Positions 38,000 to 51,627 are shown, numbered from the whole stretch's first letter. The stretch: 63,622 nucleotides of DNA, filler included, from Dirinaria sp. TL-2023a (GCA_051941275.1; 26 parts of 26 records of this genome joined end to end with filler, not necessarily neighbours in it), one strand, 5' to 3'. A program made the numbers and translations. The notes: generated by a model from the letters alone, not told the origin.

Positions 38000-39368
38000 G
38001 TGCTTTATCGCTGTACGAGTACTGCTCTTCTATCGAGCCATGATCATGCGACTCGGCGACTATTGCTACATATTCGTCCCTCGGTACCTCAGCGTTACTT
38101 TCTGCGTCGTTGTTGAAGGAAATCTGGAATAGGTCCGTAGCTCGTTCTCGGTGGTAGAAGATAAGGTATTCTATTGGATGCGCGACTGCCTCCGGAAGAA
38201 AGATAAAGCTTACAGGAAAACGGCAGTCAATGCGATCAAGACGGGAACGCCAAGACCGATGCTTACATTCACGATGACTCTCTTACTAACACCTCCGACC
38301 TGGCTAATCGAAAGCCTTGGTAAAGGACGCCTTGGTGGAGAAAGTTGGGGGAAGCGGCACATTTGACTTTGGTGTGCCCGAAGAGGCTGGTAATGTAACA
38401 GCATCAGAACTAAAAGCAATGGTCGAAGCAACCGCTGTTGCGGTTACCGAAGGCCACACAGGCGTCTCGTCGGACTTGAACGATGCGGTGAGCGTCTTGA
38501 CCTCTGTGGATTGAGACGTGGTCTGGAGAGAGTTTGGACAATTGACCATACCCCTGCGACAAGCAGCTGACGCCTGTGTTACGTGATAGTTACCTCGGAC
38601 GTAGTGGTTTGTAGCGAGAGCTGACGCACCGCGAGAAGGTGTGGTTGTGTAGTTGTGGACGTTAACGCGGCTGTGGATTTGATTGCACAAAGCGTTCCAA
38701 GTTCCGTATACCAAATAGCGGTCGAGGTGGTGTAGACAGGGTCCCAGGTATGAGTATCGATAGCCACTGTGGCTCCAGCAGCTGCACCCAAAGCCAATTG
38801 GTATGATTGCACAACCTCGAGTTCGCATTCCTGTCCCTCCGGGGCAACTGTGACATTGGTGCTGAACTGGAATAGGAAGCTTAGCGGCGGTTATCTCAAT
38901 CGATGGGGGATACGTACCTCGGCCACATTGGCAGAAACGCTGACATCAACATCTCCGCTCATTGACGGGAGTTCGAGAGTGTCGTTCGAGAGCTCGTAGA
39001 TCAGGTTGTCAGGGGTTGCCAGGCTGAATCCAGCATGCATACTCGGGGCGAGCACATCAGATATGACCACGCCAGCGCTTTCTGCAGTGATCGGCAAGAA
39101 TTCGAAGCTACCACCAGTACTAATAACGTATTAGCAAATCAGATTACATAGTTTAGAAATAAGACTTACAAGGTGATATCCGAGACATCCTCGCTGAAAA
39201 GAGCGATGGTTAGTGTAACTCCATCCTCAAGAGCGATATGAAACCCGCTGCTGATGTCAATTTCGCCAGTCATATCCAGGATGAGGTCCACGGAGATAAC
39301 GACGCCAAGGGAAAGTTTATCTGAAATTTTAATTCCGATTTCTGTTTCGGACGAGAACAGATTCATTT
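38000..39368 (-). pseudogene. Fungal cell-surface protein with C-terminal TM helix, frameshifted (pseudogene or assembly errors), 5'-truncated
   Basis: FEFLPIT, YQLALGAAAGATVAIDTHTW, TGVSCLSQG/MVNCPNSLQ and VSIGLGVPVLIAL fall in different frames with no introns between the later pieces. Confidence 0.6.
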
Positions 39369-40280
39369 NNNNNNNNNNNNNNNNNNNNNNNNNNNNNNNN
39401 NNNNNNNNNNNNTTAATTAATTAANNNNNNNNNNNNNNNNNNNNNNNNNNNNNNNNNNNNNNNNNNNNGTTCCTGCAGTCATGATAACTCGATGAAGTCT
39501 GAAATGACTATCACGATCTTCGCCATTGATCTTGGTCAATTTGCAGATAGTGATATTATGTTTGCTTAAGTAGCTGGACAAAGTAATAAAAGATCCTTGG
39601 ATTCTGTGCATTCTGACTTTGGATCTGGTCGAAGTGCTTTGGGAACCCAGCGGATATAGGATGTACTACTGTACGAGTACTGTACCTTCACTGTACAAGC
39701 GGCTGCACCGCCCTAAGTTCCTAAGGTATCGGCTAGCGCGATTACTGCTACTAAGGTAAGGTAGTTTCCCCCGCTCGGACCTCAACCAAGGGAACCACCC
39801 AAGATCAACACCCGTGACGGACCGAGTTCTACCTAGAAGGCACCTGTGCCCGCTAAAGTGTACCTACCCGTACTTACTGACTCACCTACATGTAGACAAC
39901 ACAGTCTTGGCGCACACCAGAACTTATGGCGCGGACTCTCCATAAAGTACCTGACCTACCTATCTGCTTGTATTTTAACACCAATTTATCACCAGGAATG
40001 AAATTGTTATGGTGTGTATGGGACATAATATACACTGTTCCAATACACATCTCTTGCCTGAGGCAGTTGGTCACAGATTTGAGGCTTTATGTTCATCCTC
40101 AGCGGAGCATAGAGTAGAGCACTTCAATTAGTAACAGGTCTGCTGACGTAATCAATGCTTGATCCAATGAAACGCTTCAGTGCTTTTGATGGGTGAAGGT
40201 ACATGTAATCCATCGAGCTGTTGCGTGTAAGGTAGCTCATCATCAGACCTTTCACCGCACTTAGCTCTCATCAAGCTATC

Positions 40281-41630
40281 ATGTATGCTAGACATGCTTT
40301 CCGTGCGGTCCAGCCCTTGAAGACTGTAAGTCAGTTCTGATCGCAGTCATCTGATCGGGCATAAATACATACATTTATCTCACTCGTCCAATGGTGCTGA
40401 CTGCTTTTTATGTTCACAGAGCACACGTCACTATGCCACCGAAGGCAGCTCGAGCAGCCGGCGAAAATACCTGTACTACGCCGGTGGCGGTCTCTTACTA
40501 GGGCCAGCGGCACTCTACTATGCTCGGAGCAGTGCGGGTCTCGAGAACAAGAAGCTGCCATCACCGGGCGATCTCAAGGCCGATTCGGATGCTCAGAACA
40601 AGGGCAAAGCACCGAACGCGGCGTTCAAGGGCGGAGATCAAGGCTTCATTGACCTGAAGCTGGAAAGCGTGGAAGAAATCAACCACAACACCAAGAAATT
40701 CCGGTTCGCGCTACCGAATCCAGACGATGTGTCCGGGTTACATATCGCTTGTACGTGGTACTGAGTTCTGTCTGAGCTTCTTCCGAGGGATCAAATCGTG
40801 GCTTACACTGTGCCAGCTGCTGTTCTTACCAAATACAAGGGGCCTGAAATGGAAAAGGTAGTACATATCTTCAACGCGACTGAGTCCTCCGCTGAATTTC
40901 CAATAGCCGGTGCTGCGGCCTTACACACCTACTAGCGATGAAGGTAGCTCTGAATATCCTACTCTATTGGTGATCTTGCTGATTCCTGGCTAGATGCGCG
41001 AGGTCATATAGACTTTATAATCAAACGCTACCCCAACGGGCCCATGTCGGAGCACTTCCATTCCATGAACCCTGGACAGAGACTCGATATCAAGGGCCCA
41101 CTGCCCAAATACCCCTGGGAGGAAAACAAACACAAACACATCGCACTGCTGGCAGGTGGCACCGGCATAACGCCGTAAGTTCATTCTTCCCCCCTCCCTC
41201 CACCCTAACACCTCACCAATGTCTTTTGGTTTGCATGTACAGGATGTACCAACTCTGCCGCGCGATCTTCAAGAACCCGGACGACAAAACCAAAGTCACC
41301 CTCGTCTTCGGCAACATCAAAGAAGAAGACATCCTGCTCAAGCGGGAGTTCGAGGAGCTCGAGAACACCTACCCGCAACGCTTCCGCGCCTTCTACCTCC
41401 TCGACCAGCCCACCGAGAGCTGGGCCCAGGGAAAAGGCCACATCACGGAGGAGATTTTGAAAACGGTGCTACCCGAGCCGAAGGCGGACAATATCAAGAT
41501 CTTCGTCTGCGGCCCGCCGGGATTGTATCAGGCCATCAGCGGCATGAAGAAGAGTCCCGCCGACCAGGGCGAGCTGACGGGGTATCTGCAGAAACTGGGC
41601 TATTCGAAGGATCAGGTCTATAAATTCTAG
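40281..41630 (+). CDS. MCR1: Mitochondrial NADH-cytochrome b5 reductase 2, multi-exon
   Basis: Targeting peptide [71 protein letters not shown]...QVYKF*. Confidence 0.93.
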
Positions 41631-41903
41631 GGTGCGCGAGTGTTGGGGAGGTGTACAGGAACCAGCCAGCTTTGCCATTATGTTAGACATAGAAATAAAA
41701 AATCCGCCCGACTCTCCACCATCTTCCACTCCACTCCACTCGAATCACTTTTTTAATAAATTCCTCCACTCATACCTCATACAGAGCCCCAACCGATCAA
41801 TCTNNNNNNNNNNNNNNNNNNNNNNNNNNNNNNNNNNNNNNNNNNNNTTAATTAATTAANNNNNNNNNNNNNNNNNNNNNNNNNNNNNNNNNNNNNNNNN
41901 NNN

Positions 41904-42438
41904 CCGCTGAGGCGGACATGTTGACTAGGAAATCTGGGGTTTTGGGGAAGGATGGGGGTGTTAGCTTGATTGGTTTTTGTTTTCAACTTTTTCTTTTTTT
42001 CTTCTTCTTCCCTTCACTCACTCCTAAAGCCGACCAATTCTTCCACCAATTCGTTTTCATGGGAGCATTTAAACCCCTCGAAAGCTCATGAAAGAACCAA
42101 GAAAGGAAAAACTCACCCTGCACCGTCGACTTCGCCCCAGCGGCCGTAAGCAGGCCCATCGTGCCCACCATGAAATACTGAAATGTCTTGTTACTCGTCT
42201 CACTCCTTTTACTCATGTAATTGCTGAAACTCGGCACCCGCGTCGTCGGGTTCTGCTCCTTGTTCCGGAAGGGCGATTGGAAGGACGGGGTGGTGTCGTA
42301 TTCGCCGGATGTGCGCTCCACGGCGTCGGCTTTGTGCCGCCGTTGTTGAGGGGTCGCGAGGGCGCAGGAGACGGGGCGGAGGGAGCGGCGAGGGATGGTG
42401 CGCAGCAGGTTGCTGCTGCGGGGCGTTAGGGGTGCCAT
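41904..42438 (-). CDS. RIP1: Cytochrome bc1 Rieske iron-sulfur subunit, N-terminal part
   Basis: Presequence, then NKTFQYFMVGTMGLLTAAGAKSTVQ|DFLVNMSASA across a GTGAGT..CAG intron. Confidence 0.93.
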
Positions 42439-45400
42439 TGTGGTGGGGTTTTTTGAGGGGAGAGGGATGATGGTGGTGGTGAGGGCGAAGTTGGAGTTGT
42501 GGTTGATGGAGAACGGAGGTATGGCGCTAGTGGGTGATCTTCGGTCTTGGCGGGATGCTTTATTGGGCTGTCAATATCGGAAAGGGGACTTCTTTTTTGT
42601 GCAGGACCTAGAGAAGATCCTGATCCTCACTATCAGACTTAAATGATTGCACCTCGCTGATAAGATTTCAGAGTCCTCAATCAGGCTTCGAATCAGCCTT
42701 AGCATCTTGATCCATTGCCAGCATGATGTTTTGTGCTGTGACCAGTATTCCGAAACTGGAGCTTCTGCCTTTTTTTCCCCACTTGTTTGAGTGGTGCATA
42801 AATTATAATAATAAAGGTCATCGTCCTCGCTACCAGCAATATGCTTTGCCTCTCCACAATATCACCCAAAACACCGAATCAGGGTTCGTGTCAATTTCAG
42901 TTCCTTGGTCCGTCGTCGGCTTCATTCATACTGTGATCAGCCCTACAAAGAAAGGCAGACCACCCACACTCCCTAATTCAGTGCTTATATTTAGTAATGG
43001 TTGTTTGGATTTCGACTGTGAGAGGCAAAAAACCCCTATATCGTTTAGCTCCCAGAGCGGAGCCATGGTTGACCAGGACTCAGAAGATTCTGGCCTGGCT
43101 TCGTATTGCCACTGTAAGGTCCCTTCACCGGGTGGCAAAGCCTTGGCTTAAAAAGACCCTCTTGATGTTCAAGAGCTGGTATGTCTTTCCTTTGAGTCTA
43201 GCTCTAATGGCAGGCTCCTTATGACAGAATCCTCCAAGCGCTGGCAAAAAGTTCCGGGAGACCATGGATTGTTTCTGGGGAAGCAAGAAATGATACCAGC
43301 TCACCGGGATTGCAATCGAACCATGAAGGCTCGAAAACCCACTTCTAGGCTAGTATGAGATCCAGACCCGTTCATTAGACGTTCCGCAGGCGATCTGATC
43401 ATGAGCGCATGTTCAGAGAATATGTGAGTGCTCCTTCTAATACTATCTCATTTGTTTTATTCGCTCTATAGTGAGAAAGATTGAAGATAGTCCGAGCCCC
43501 CGATTTTTATCAAGGCAATGTCGTCAACTTTCAAGGTATGCGGATGTGCCCGGACTCTGAAGCACTACCGCTTCGATTCACCCTACCATTATCTCCCTCG
43601 AAAATTTTCAACAGTCACCCAGTGAAGCATTCGATGTTCAATGTCCATGGCTTCTGTCTTACAAGCAGAATCATACAGAATTACAGCCACAAGAATTCAA
43701 CTCCATGTGGGACAACTTAAATATCACTGACGGAAGCTGTGTCTAGTCTTTATCAGATAGCTCATTCGGCAAGGGCCGAAGGGGTTTCAGAGAGTGGGTC
43801 TTCTCTGCTTCTTCTAGTTTTGGACGTGCGGCCTGGCTATCGCTTGCTCCAAGCTTCTTCAGAGGATTGCGGGATTCTACGAGAGAAGAGTGTCAATGCT
43901 CCTACAAGGACATACTCCGTTGTTCTGCCATCAGTAGGCTTTTAATTTCTTTCGCTATCTATTATTCCGTCAATCCGTTTTGTTTTTGTTGCTTCAGGTC
44001 GTTATGCCCGACGCCGATTCGTTGTTCCGTCAATATAATAAATGTTGTCTAACAGTCTTCACAAATATTGATTAGCGGAGGACTTCTTCAGGAAAGGACG
44101 TCTCTATCGATCCAACGGTGTCAAAGCGGAGTTCATTGGACTTTCACTCTCTTAGATTTAACCTCAGCACCCCCACTCTGATCCACTCTCACGGGTCGCT
44201 GCTCGACAGTACTGTCATCAAAACCTCGATACGGTCCNNNNNNNNNNNNNNNNNNNNNNNNNNNNNNNNNNNNNNNNNNNNTTAATTAATTAANNNNNNN
44301 NNNNNNNNNNNNNNNNNNNNNNNNNNNNNNNNNNNNNAAAAAAAGAAGAAAAAAAGAAAACAGAATCTCGCCCCGCCGCCGCCGGAGGGGAGTCAACCCG
44401 CATGTGCGAGATACAGTATCAGGGACATAAAAGTCCCCGATTTTGGTTTCGTAGAGAGGAGTCTGTGTAAGGAGCACAGCAGAGAGGGGTAGAGCTAGAG
44501 CAGGGGTATATATATGAATTTTAAGGGATGGGGAATGTTCACTCAGCTCAGCTCAGCTCAGCCCAGAAAAGAAATAGATTGGACTCTGGTATAGATCTAT
44601 TTATGTGGTAGTAATAACAATATTAATTGAAACTCGACAGGTTCGGTTCTTTTTTTTAGGGAGGTTTTGATTTCAGGGAGTAAAAGATGGGAAATAGGTA
44701 GGTATCTATGTATGGGGCATGTTATGAGTGTCGATACTACATTATGTGCATAGGCGTACGAGTGGAGGGCTGGGGATTTGAGTCTGCTATCTGCGTTTTT
44801 GGATAGAGAGTGAGATTGGGATTGATTTCATATGGGGGTTGTTTTTGGGGGGGAAAGAAGGAAGAGTATGGGTGGTTGGTGGTTGGGAGTATATAAAGAG
44901 ATGGTGTATGGATGTTACTTTTGGAGCGTTCGGGTAGTGAGTGGTATTAGGTGGTCCCCGCCCAGCCGCCCCCGGCAACTTTTTAGTTGACCCCACCACT
45001 GGCATTGACCGCCCAGGACTCATGTATGGCGACCTTCTTGCGCCGCAGCAACTTGGAATAAGCGCGGCTGCTGCGGCGATGGCTAAACCAAAATGCAAGC
45101 CGAGTACAGTACGAACGCTGCTGGAAACTGTGGCGGGGCAATAGTAAGATCTTACCTACCTACGGTATGCAGCCTGCCGAACAGCCCTCCAGCATACAGT
45201 ACCTATGCAAGGCTCTCTAGGCAGACGTGAGTCACACAGCCACATTAAAGGAAACGGAGTCTATGGGATATGGAATAACATTTCGCATATTCGTTATGAT
45301 GGTTTTCAATGTGGCTGAGTAGTAATAGTATAAGGTATCATATGATTCGGTCTTTTTGTCCACTGTGGCTTGCAGAGAAACGATAGTCCGTAGTGATATA

Positions 45401-45515
45401 TCAGCTTTCTTCTTTGGAAATCTGGGAGCCCTGCTTGAACTCGAACTGATCCGCAGAACAGCCCGTTCGTACCAATTTATATAGACATATACAAAAAAAA
45501 GGGGTGCTAGCAAAA

Positions 45516-46670
45516 ATGGCAATGCCTATATCTGCCGGAGAGATTCTCAGCATCGCCAAGTTCGCATACAAGCTATGGGAATCATGCAAAGCAGCCCCCA
45601 GTGATTTCCAGCAGATCGGGAAGGAGGTTTTTGCCATGCGGACAGTGCTGGAGCTTGTGCAGATCGAATGCGAGGATCCGGACGCGACCATCAACTTGCT
45701 GGATAAGAAGAGGCCTGAGAGACTGCTTCGGAAGCGGCTGGGGATCTATATCCGGCATTGTGAGGAGGCTTTGAAATCTGTGGATGTATTGCTCAAAAGA
45801 TATGACAAGATGGGAAAAGGGACAGGGCAGTGTGGGCTCTTCGAGGCAAATCCGAGGTCACGCTGCTGGAGGCAAATTTATCCACCTTCGCATCGCAGTT
45901 GGATAGTTACATGGAAAAGATCACGTCTCAAGGCGTGGGCTTGGTCAATGCGAACATGATGTCAGGGATCGGCAGGCTGGAAGATCTGCTCGAGAATTAT
46001 CTCGGAAACGAGAAGGCTGCTGTGGCGGAAATGATGAGGCAGAGACAGAGGTCTGGGGTTTCGACAAAAGGGTTGAGGAGGTCCCGAAAAGTCTTCGAGG
46101 ATTACGCTCAGGAGATGTCCCAATTTTCCACTCATAGAGATGATGGGCCTGAAGGCACCATCCGACCCACGACCCCGGATCCGCCCCGTAACCATAAGTA
46201 TAGGAATGGGAATGGCCATCTTGGACCCCCTAGCCCGGAGAGGGGGCGACGCAAGTCCGTCGGTGCCGTGGAGAATGCTAAAAGACCTATGCATAACCGC
46301 CATCGTTCGAGCAATGGAAGGAAACCTAGGAAGCCAGACTACATTCTGGAGTGCTGGTTGATACAGATCAAGTCTGCTCAGGCGCTTTTCGTAACCTTTG
46401 AGATGTCAGAGAAGGAGAGCCAATGCCGGGGCCAATGGAAGCTGCGAGAGATGGCTAAGCAGTACAATGGCTGCTCTGAAAAAGATAAGCTTGCCGGCGA
46501 TCATGACCTCGTGAAGTGGGTGCTGAAAGACCGTAATAAGAAGGAAGAGGACGAGAGGTATAAGTGGGTACCTCACGCGGCAAAGATCGAGCGCAAGGGA
46601 AGCGCTCTAGCAGGCTTAGGCGTCAAAGAGCAGGCCATGGTCATCATCAAGAGGCACCTGAAGGCGAATG
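45516..46670 (+). CDS. Protein with a fungal STAND/NLR-type (SesA/HeLo-like) N-terminal helical domain; -1 frame break at about 45818; 3'-truncated
   Basis: ISAGEILSIAKFAYKLWESCKAAPSDFQQIGKEV...CEEALKSVDVLLKRY, continuing in the -1 frame as DRAVWALRGKSEVTLLEANL. Confidence 0.65.
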
Positions 46671-46770
46671 NNNNNNNNNNNNNNNNNNNNNNNNNNNNNN
46701 NNNNNNNNNNNNNNTTAATTAATTAANNNNNNNNNNNNNNNNNNNNNNNNNNNNNNNNNNNNNNNNNNNN

Positions 46771-46990
46771 GAGAGAGTCGTTTGTCGAAGTTTTGAGGAG
46801 GGGAAGGAGGAGGAGAAGGAGGAGGAGGAGAAGGAGGAGAGAGAAGAAATTTGGGAATAGCGATTAGATTCGAAGAAACAAAAGTTTTTGAGTGCATTCG
46901 AACAAAAACTATTTTCAACAGAAAAAATACGATTTCGAGAGCGGACAATAGCATTGTGCGACAATTTTGCTCGAACATTTTTCAATGACT
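46771..46990. mobile_element. Short RIP-like mutated repeat fragment
   Basis: Part of it shows the same CC/GG-poor, TCG/CGA-rich texture as 17373-19745; lies at a contig edge. Confidence 0.35.
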
Positions 46991-47516
46991 ATTAGTCGAG
47001 CCTGCCTTAGCCACGATATCTAAATGAGCCCTAAACCTAAAAACTGTTAGCGGGATGCCAAGACCAAGGTCCAAGGGCGCTGGCTTGCGGCGTTCTAAAA
47101 TCTCTCAGGTAATAATCAGTGATGAGTCAAAGGCTCCCTCCTTCTCCAAGTAGTAGTAAGTAGATGCTAGATGTGAAGCAAACCCCTGTCAGTTTCTTGA
47201 ACTAAGGAAGGCTACCGGCGGCTACTATACATGTTTTGAAACTAATGCTGAGGCCTTTCGAACATGATCAGCCTTATGCTTTGCAAGTTTGCAGTGCCTC
47301 ACTTCCCTTACATGTTTGCTCCCTATGTGACTCACCCACTGTGTTGTGATGCTAGGCACTAGTTGCTCCTTCTTGTTTAAGATCTCCTCTCCTCTTTTCT
47401 CCATATGCATCTATGTGGATGTCTTCGTGACTGTTACTCTCATCAGCTATTTCTCGCCAAATTTGTTTTCTGCGCTGAAACAGTCTATCTCTTGAAGCTT
47501 ACAGTATTTTAACAAT

Positions 47517-49099
47517 ATGGCGCTGCATCGACGCCTTCTTCAAGACATTGCAGAGCTTCAGAGCGACCCGTACCCGAACATCGTGCTTTGCATGCACGAC
47601 GACTTACAGAAAGCATGTCTCCTGTTAACTCCTAGCCGCAAAGCACCCCTTCATCTCACAGTCTCGTTCGGAAAAGACTATCCCCTGGTGGCACCTGAGG
47701 TAAAAATCCAATCATACATTGAGCACCCAAATGTCTTTGGCGACTACATCTGCACCTCTATCCTGAATACTACTGATGGTTATACGCCCGCATATACCCT
47801 GAGAAGCATCGCCATACAGCTCCTCAGTTTCTTCAGTAGCGAGCGGATCGAGCAAGAGGGAGGAGGATATTCGATTACGCTCGATGGTTATCGTAAGGGC
47901 TACCGACTGCCCGGATCGGGTCCAGAAAGTACATACATGTGCCATGACTGCGGATTTGGTGGAAGAAAAACAGAGGATGAAGACATCGTTAACGTAGGCG
48001 GCAAACGGATTCGGAACCCTTTTGCGAAGCACCGCTCGAATGTTCAATCTAATGGATCAGCCAATGCTCAGAACATTCTGGCTACCCGAATGCAAGGTAG
48101 TATAGACACAGATAGCCAAGAGCAGCCCAAGCAACAGCCGCGCCTGATCGACCGCATTCTGGCGCTGCCTGACGAGCTACTTCTACTCATATTTGGCGAG
48201 CTTGACACGAAAGACCTCCTCGCAGCCGCCAAAGTAGAAAGCAAAATTGGCGAGTTCATGAAATCGTACGATACAATCCGCATGCGCGAGCTACAATGTT
48301 TCTGCTTGAAGCAAAATTTCATGCAAACGAAACTAGGCGTCGGAGTCTTCATCTCCGGCAACGGCAAACAAGGCCATTTAGAATCGGAATTTGACCTCCT
48401 ATCTCAAGCCGCTTTTAAAGAACTCCGCGTGCGTCGATCTATCCAGGGTCTTCCCTTCCAGTACTGGCTACCCCTACCGCTATCCCACCGACACTGGAGA
48501 TCAGTGTCTGCAGACGTCCACACCTCCTTAGCAGAATTAGCTAATGCAGCCTACGTCCCGCGCAACTCCGATGGCAACATCGAGGTCATCTACAACTTCA
48601 TGAACACGATCGTTGTAAAGCTCAGCCGCGAAGCAGAGCATAGCTGGGGCTCCTCCATAAAAAGCACACTGACGCACGCCTCGGAAAAAGCCGTCGAATC
48701 CTTTTTCGCCATTTTCCACCTACTCCTCTGTCTCGCAACCTCACACCCCCAGATTGTCAGAGACGTGAGCCGCCGCCTCCAGAGTTTTCTATCGGGCAAA
48801 CGCTCCAAGGACGCCCATCCGAGTCTCGGGTACTTGCTCGTCGCGGTCCTTGTCAGCGATCGGGGCCTAACCGAGGATCTAGCACTGGCCATCATCAAAG
48901 AAGCCATCCTGCGCAACGTAGTCTGGATGCTCGATGGCAAAGGCGCCGGCCTCGCCGAACTCTCATACCTCGAGCCCGACTCTTACATCTCTGAATACCG
49001 CCTCCAAAGCACCTTCGACGCATCCCTGGTCTCCTACCGTTTACTCATGTTCCTCGCCCTCTTCTCCCGCACCGCTCGCCCCATCCCCTCCACCCCGCT
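47517..49099 (+). CDS. Ubiquitin-conjugating (E2) domain fused to an F-box-like motif and a helical C-terminal domain (3'-truncated)
   Basis: RRLLQDIAEL...DYPLVAP...HPNVFGDYICTSIL...YTPAYTLRSI; CHDC; LALPDELLLLIFGELDTKDLLAAAKV. Confidence 0.85.
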
Positions 49100-50263
49100 N
49101 NNNNNNNNNNNNNNNNNNNNNNNNNNNNNNNNNNNNNNNNNNNTTAATTAATTAANNNNNNNNNNNNNNNNNNNNNNNNNNNNNNNNNNNNNNNNNNNNT
49201 CCCCCACCCTTTCAAAATGCGGCGGCCGGTGCTGGGAGTCCAGGACCACCCAATATGCCTTTCCCGCCCCCGCCAGGCGGGTTTTTGCCTTTTGCGCCGC
49301 CGGCGGGCGGAGCTGGTGGCGCGGGGAGTCCGACACCTCCTGGTGGCGCTGGGTTTGGGGCGCCGCCTGCGGCTCCTCCGCAGCAGGCGGGTGGTGGGGA
49401 GAGAAGATGAGAGGGAGGAATCTCGAGGGATTGCCGGGGGCCGGGTTTCCATTTAAAGGGGCGTTTTGAGGAAAAGTAGTTGAAAATGAGGAAAGGAGTT
49501 TAGGGTGAAGATGGGATTTTGCGTCAGATATTGCATGGGGTGCTGCGGCGTTCGGTTGCATGAAGTAAGGTATCTCTCCTAGGCACTTCGCTCAGCCACG
49601 GCTGGAGTTTGAACCTCACTGGCAGTGCCGAAGCCCTATGGCATTGAGGTAGTATCCCATCAGAGGTAAATATCAATCCGCGCTCCTTGGTCAGTTCAGA
49701 ATTGAATCGCGTCATTCGTTTCTCCTTGTTCGTGATTGGCCCTTTCAGCGCTCTGATATGCTTCAACGGTCTGCTTAGTCAGAACGGATCTTTCGTTGGT
49801 CTACCAGTCTACCAGTATTTTGTTTATGCATTTTAGTATGACTACCTAGTAGTATTTGCTTGGTGGGCCTTCGAGATGGGCGCCTTGTGGATCCAATATC
49901 GCTGGCTCGTTGCACTCGTTGTTATTGGAGGCAAATCTTGGCAGAATAAGCGCAGTGGAGGATGGACAGTGGAATGTGGAATGCCCTTCCTCATTGCTAC
50001 CCCAACCGCCGCATGCAGCAAAACAAGGGCCGTATCCCACTAATACACTACTAAATATCTTACATTCCGTTTAATTGAGAAAATGCGCCGCTAATGCCCG
50101 AGGCTGGCAAAATCATCAGAACATAAAGATACCAGATGTTTGCTGTCAATTATTAGAACTTGGTTCGGCTTCCAAAGGTCCCAAGGTCAAAAGCTCTTCT
50201 GCACATCGCAAGGCTTGAGTCTACATCTATCCGCTGCAACACTGGACGAAAACGGATAGCAAA

Positions 50264-51527
50264 ATGCTTACCTTCAACCCACTCGACTTTCCCCACTGCC
50301 CGGAGGACAAAGACCTCGACTGCACCACAGCTATCGCCGAGGACCCTTTCGTTGACTTCTTTGATCAATGCATTGGCCCAGAGTCTTCATCGTCCAGCGA
50401 CAATGTTGCTGAGCCGATTGATTTTGGGGCCTTTGATTTCGGGCTTAAAGATGGTACCGCATCAAGCAGTAGTAACCTCGCAAGCCTGCCGATCCCAAGG
50501 TTTGCGCATTCTCGCGAGAGACTCCTCCAGCGCTCGTCGCATGTGTCTCCAGTCACTCGATCCACGGACTCCCTAGTGGCGCGAAGGCGTCATAAGTCTT
50601 CCCGCATTGAAAGACCCGCTGTGGCGATTTCGAGCATTGAGCTCCTCAATCTCGAGGGAAAGCTGCCCTATCAAGCAGGCGGCCATCATCACTCTTCGTC
50701 CCATTCCAACGTTTCAACCCTTCCACTTCGACGTAAACCGAAGTTTACATCAGAGACGTTGCAAGGCCAGAATCATCGTGTATCCAAGTCAGCCACCGCT
50801 GGTACCAGCGATCCCTACGCTACAATGCGCCCTTCTTATAATTGCCGTCATGAGACGCCATCGTACCAGGACTGGACTCAGCAATTTGAACAGATCAATC
50901 TCCAGACTGCGACAGAAAACCTCCCGCTCTCGCCTCCGCCTTCCGCATCCATCCCTGGTAGACCCTTCAGCTTAAGTCAGCGACCACAAGAACATCATCA
51001 ACGGCATGAGAGTTATCAGCCACAGCTCTCACCGCTTAAGCTCGCAAGGCTCCAACAAGCAGTCCCTAGTCCATTGGCATCTCCAATCGGTTTCGATCAG
51101 CACACTCAAGGGCCGCAATTCCCTCACCTTCGAACCTCGCCTGACGACCCCGAATCATCTTCCTGGCCATCCTCTACTTCGAAAGAGGAGGACTACAATT
51201 TCACAATCTGCCCGCAAGAAGTCCAGCACGACTGGTCTTCGCAGCACGTGCTTCAAACCTCGGGCTCGTTTTACGAACAAGGCAGCAGCGCAGTGCAGTC
51301 CGCGCCTTCGTTATCGCACGCCGAATCGAATGATTTCAGCACGCACGGCCTCTCAATCCCAGGGAATGCATTCGGCGAATTCATAACCGAAGATCCGTCG
51401 GTGGACTACGTCGCCACGTCAATGGATCCCTTCCAGCTCGCATCGACCGAGCTCTTCACATTTCCTCCCGCTGCGGAAAAAATCACCGAACAACGCTGCC
51501 GCACCCCTCCCTCGCGCACGTCATCCG
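50264..51527 (+). CDS. wetA: Probable developmental regulator WetA, N-terminal part
   Basis: DPFVDFFDQC, AISSIELLNLEGK, LPLRRK, WTQQF and LPLSPPPSA resemble WetA N-terminal blocks as I recall them. The diagnostic C-terminal ESC1/WetA domain lies beyond the contig end. Confidence 0.55.
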
Positions 51528-51627
51528 NNNNNNNNNNNNNNNNNNNNNNNNNNNNNNNNNNNNNNNNNNNNTTAATTAATTAANNNNNNNNNNNNNNNNN
51601 NNNNNNNNNNNNNNNNNNNNNNNNNNN

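Noticed and set aside
42723..44237. Possible small spliced gene divergent from RIP1
   Set aside because: Splice-like signals exist, but I could not build a convincing frame.
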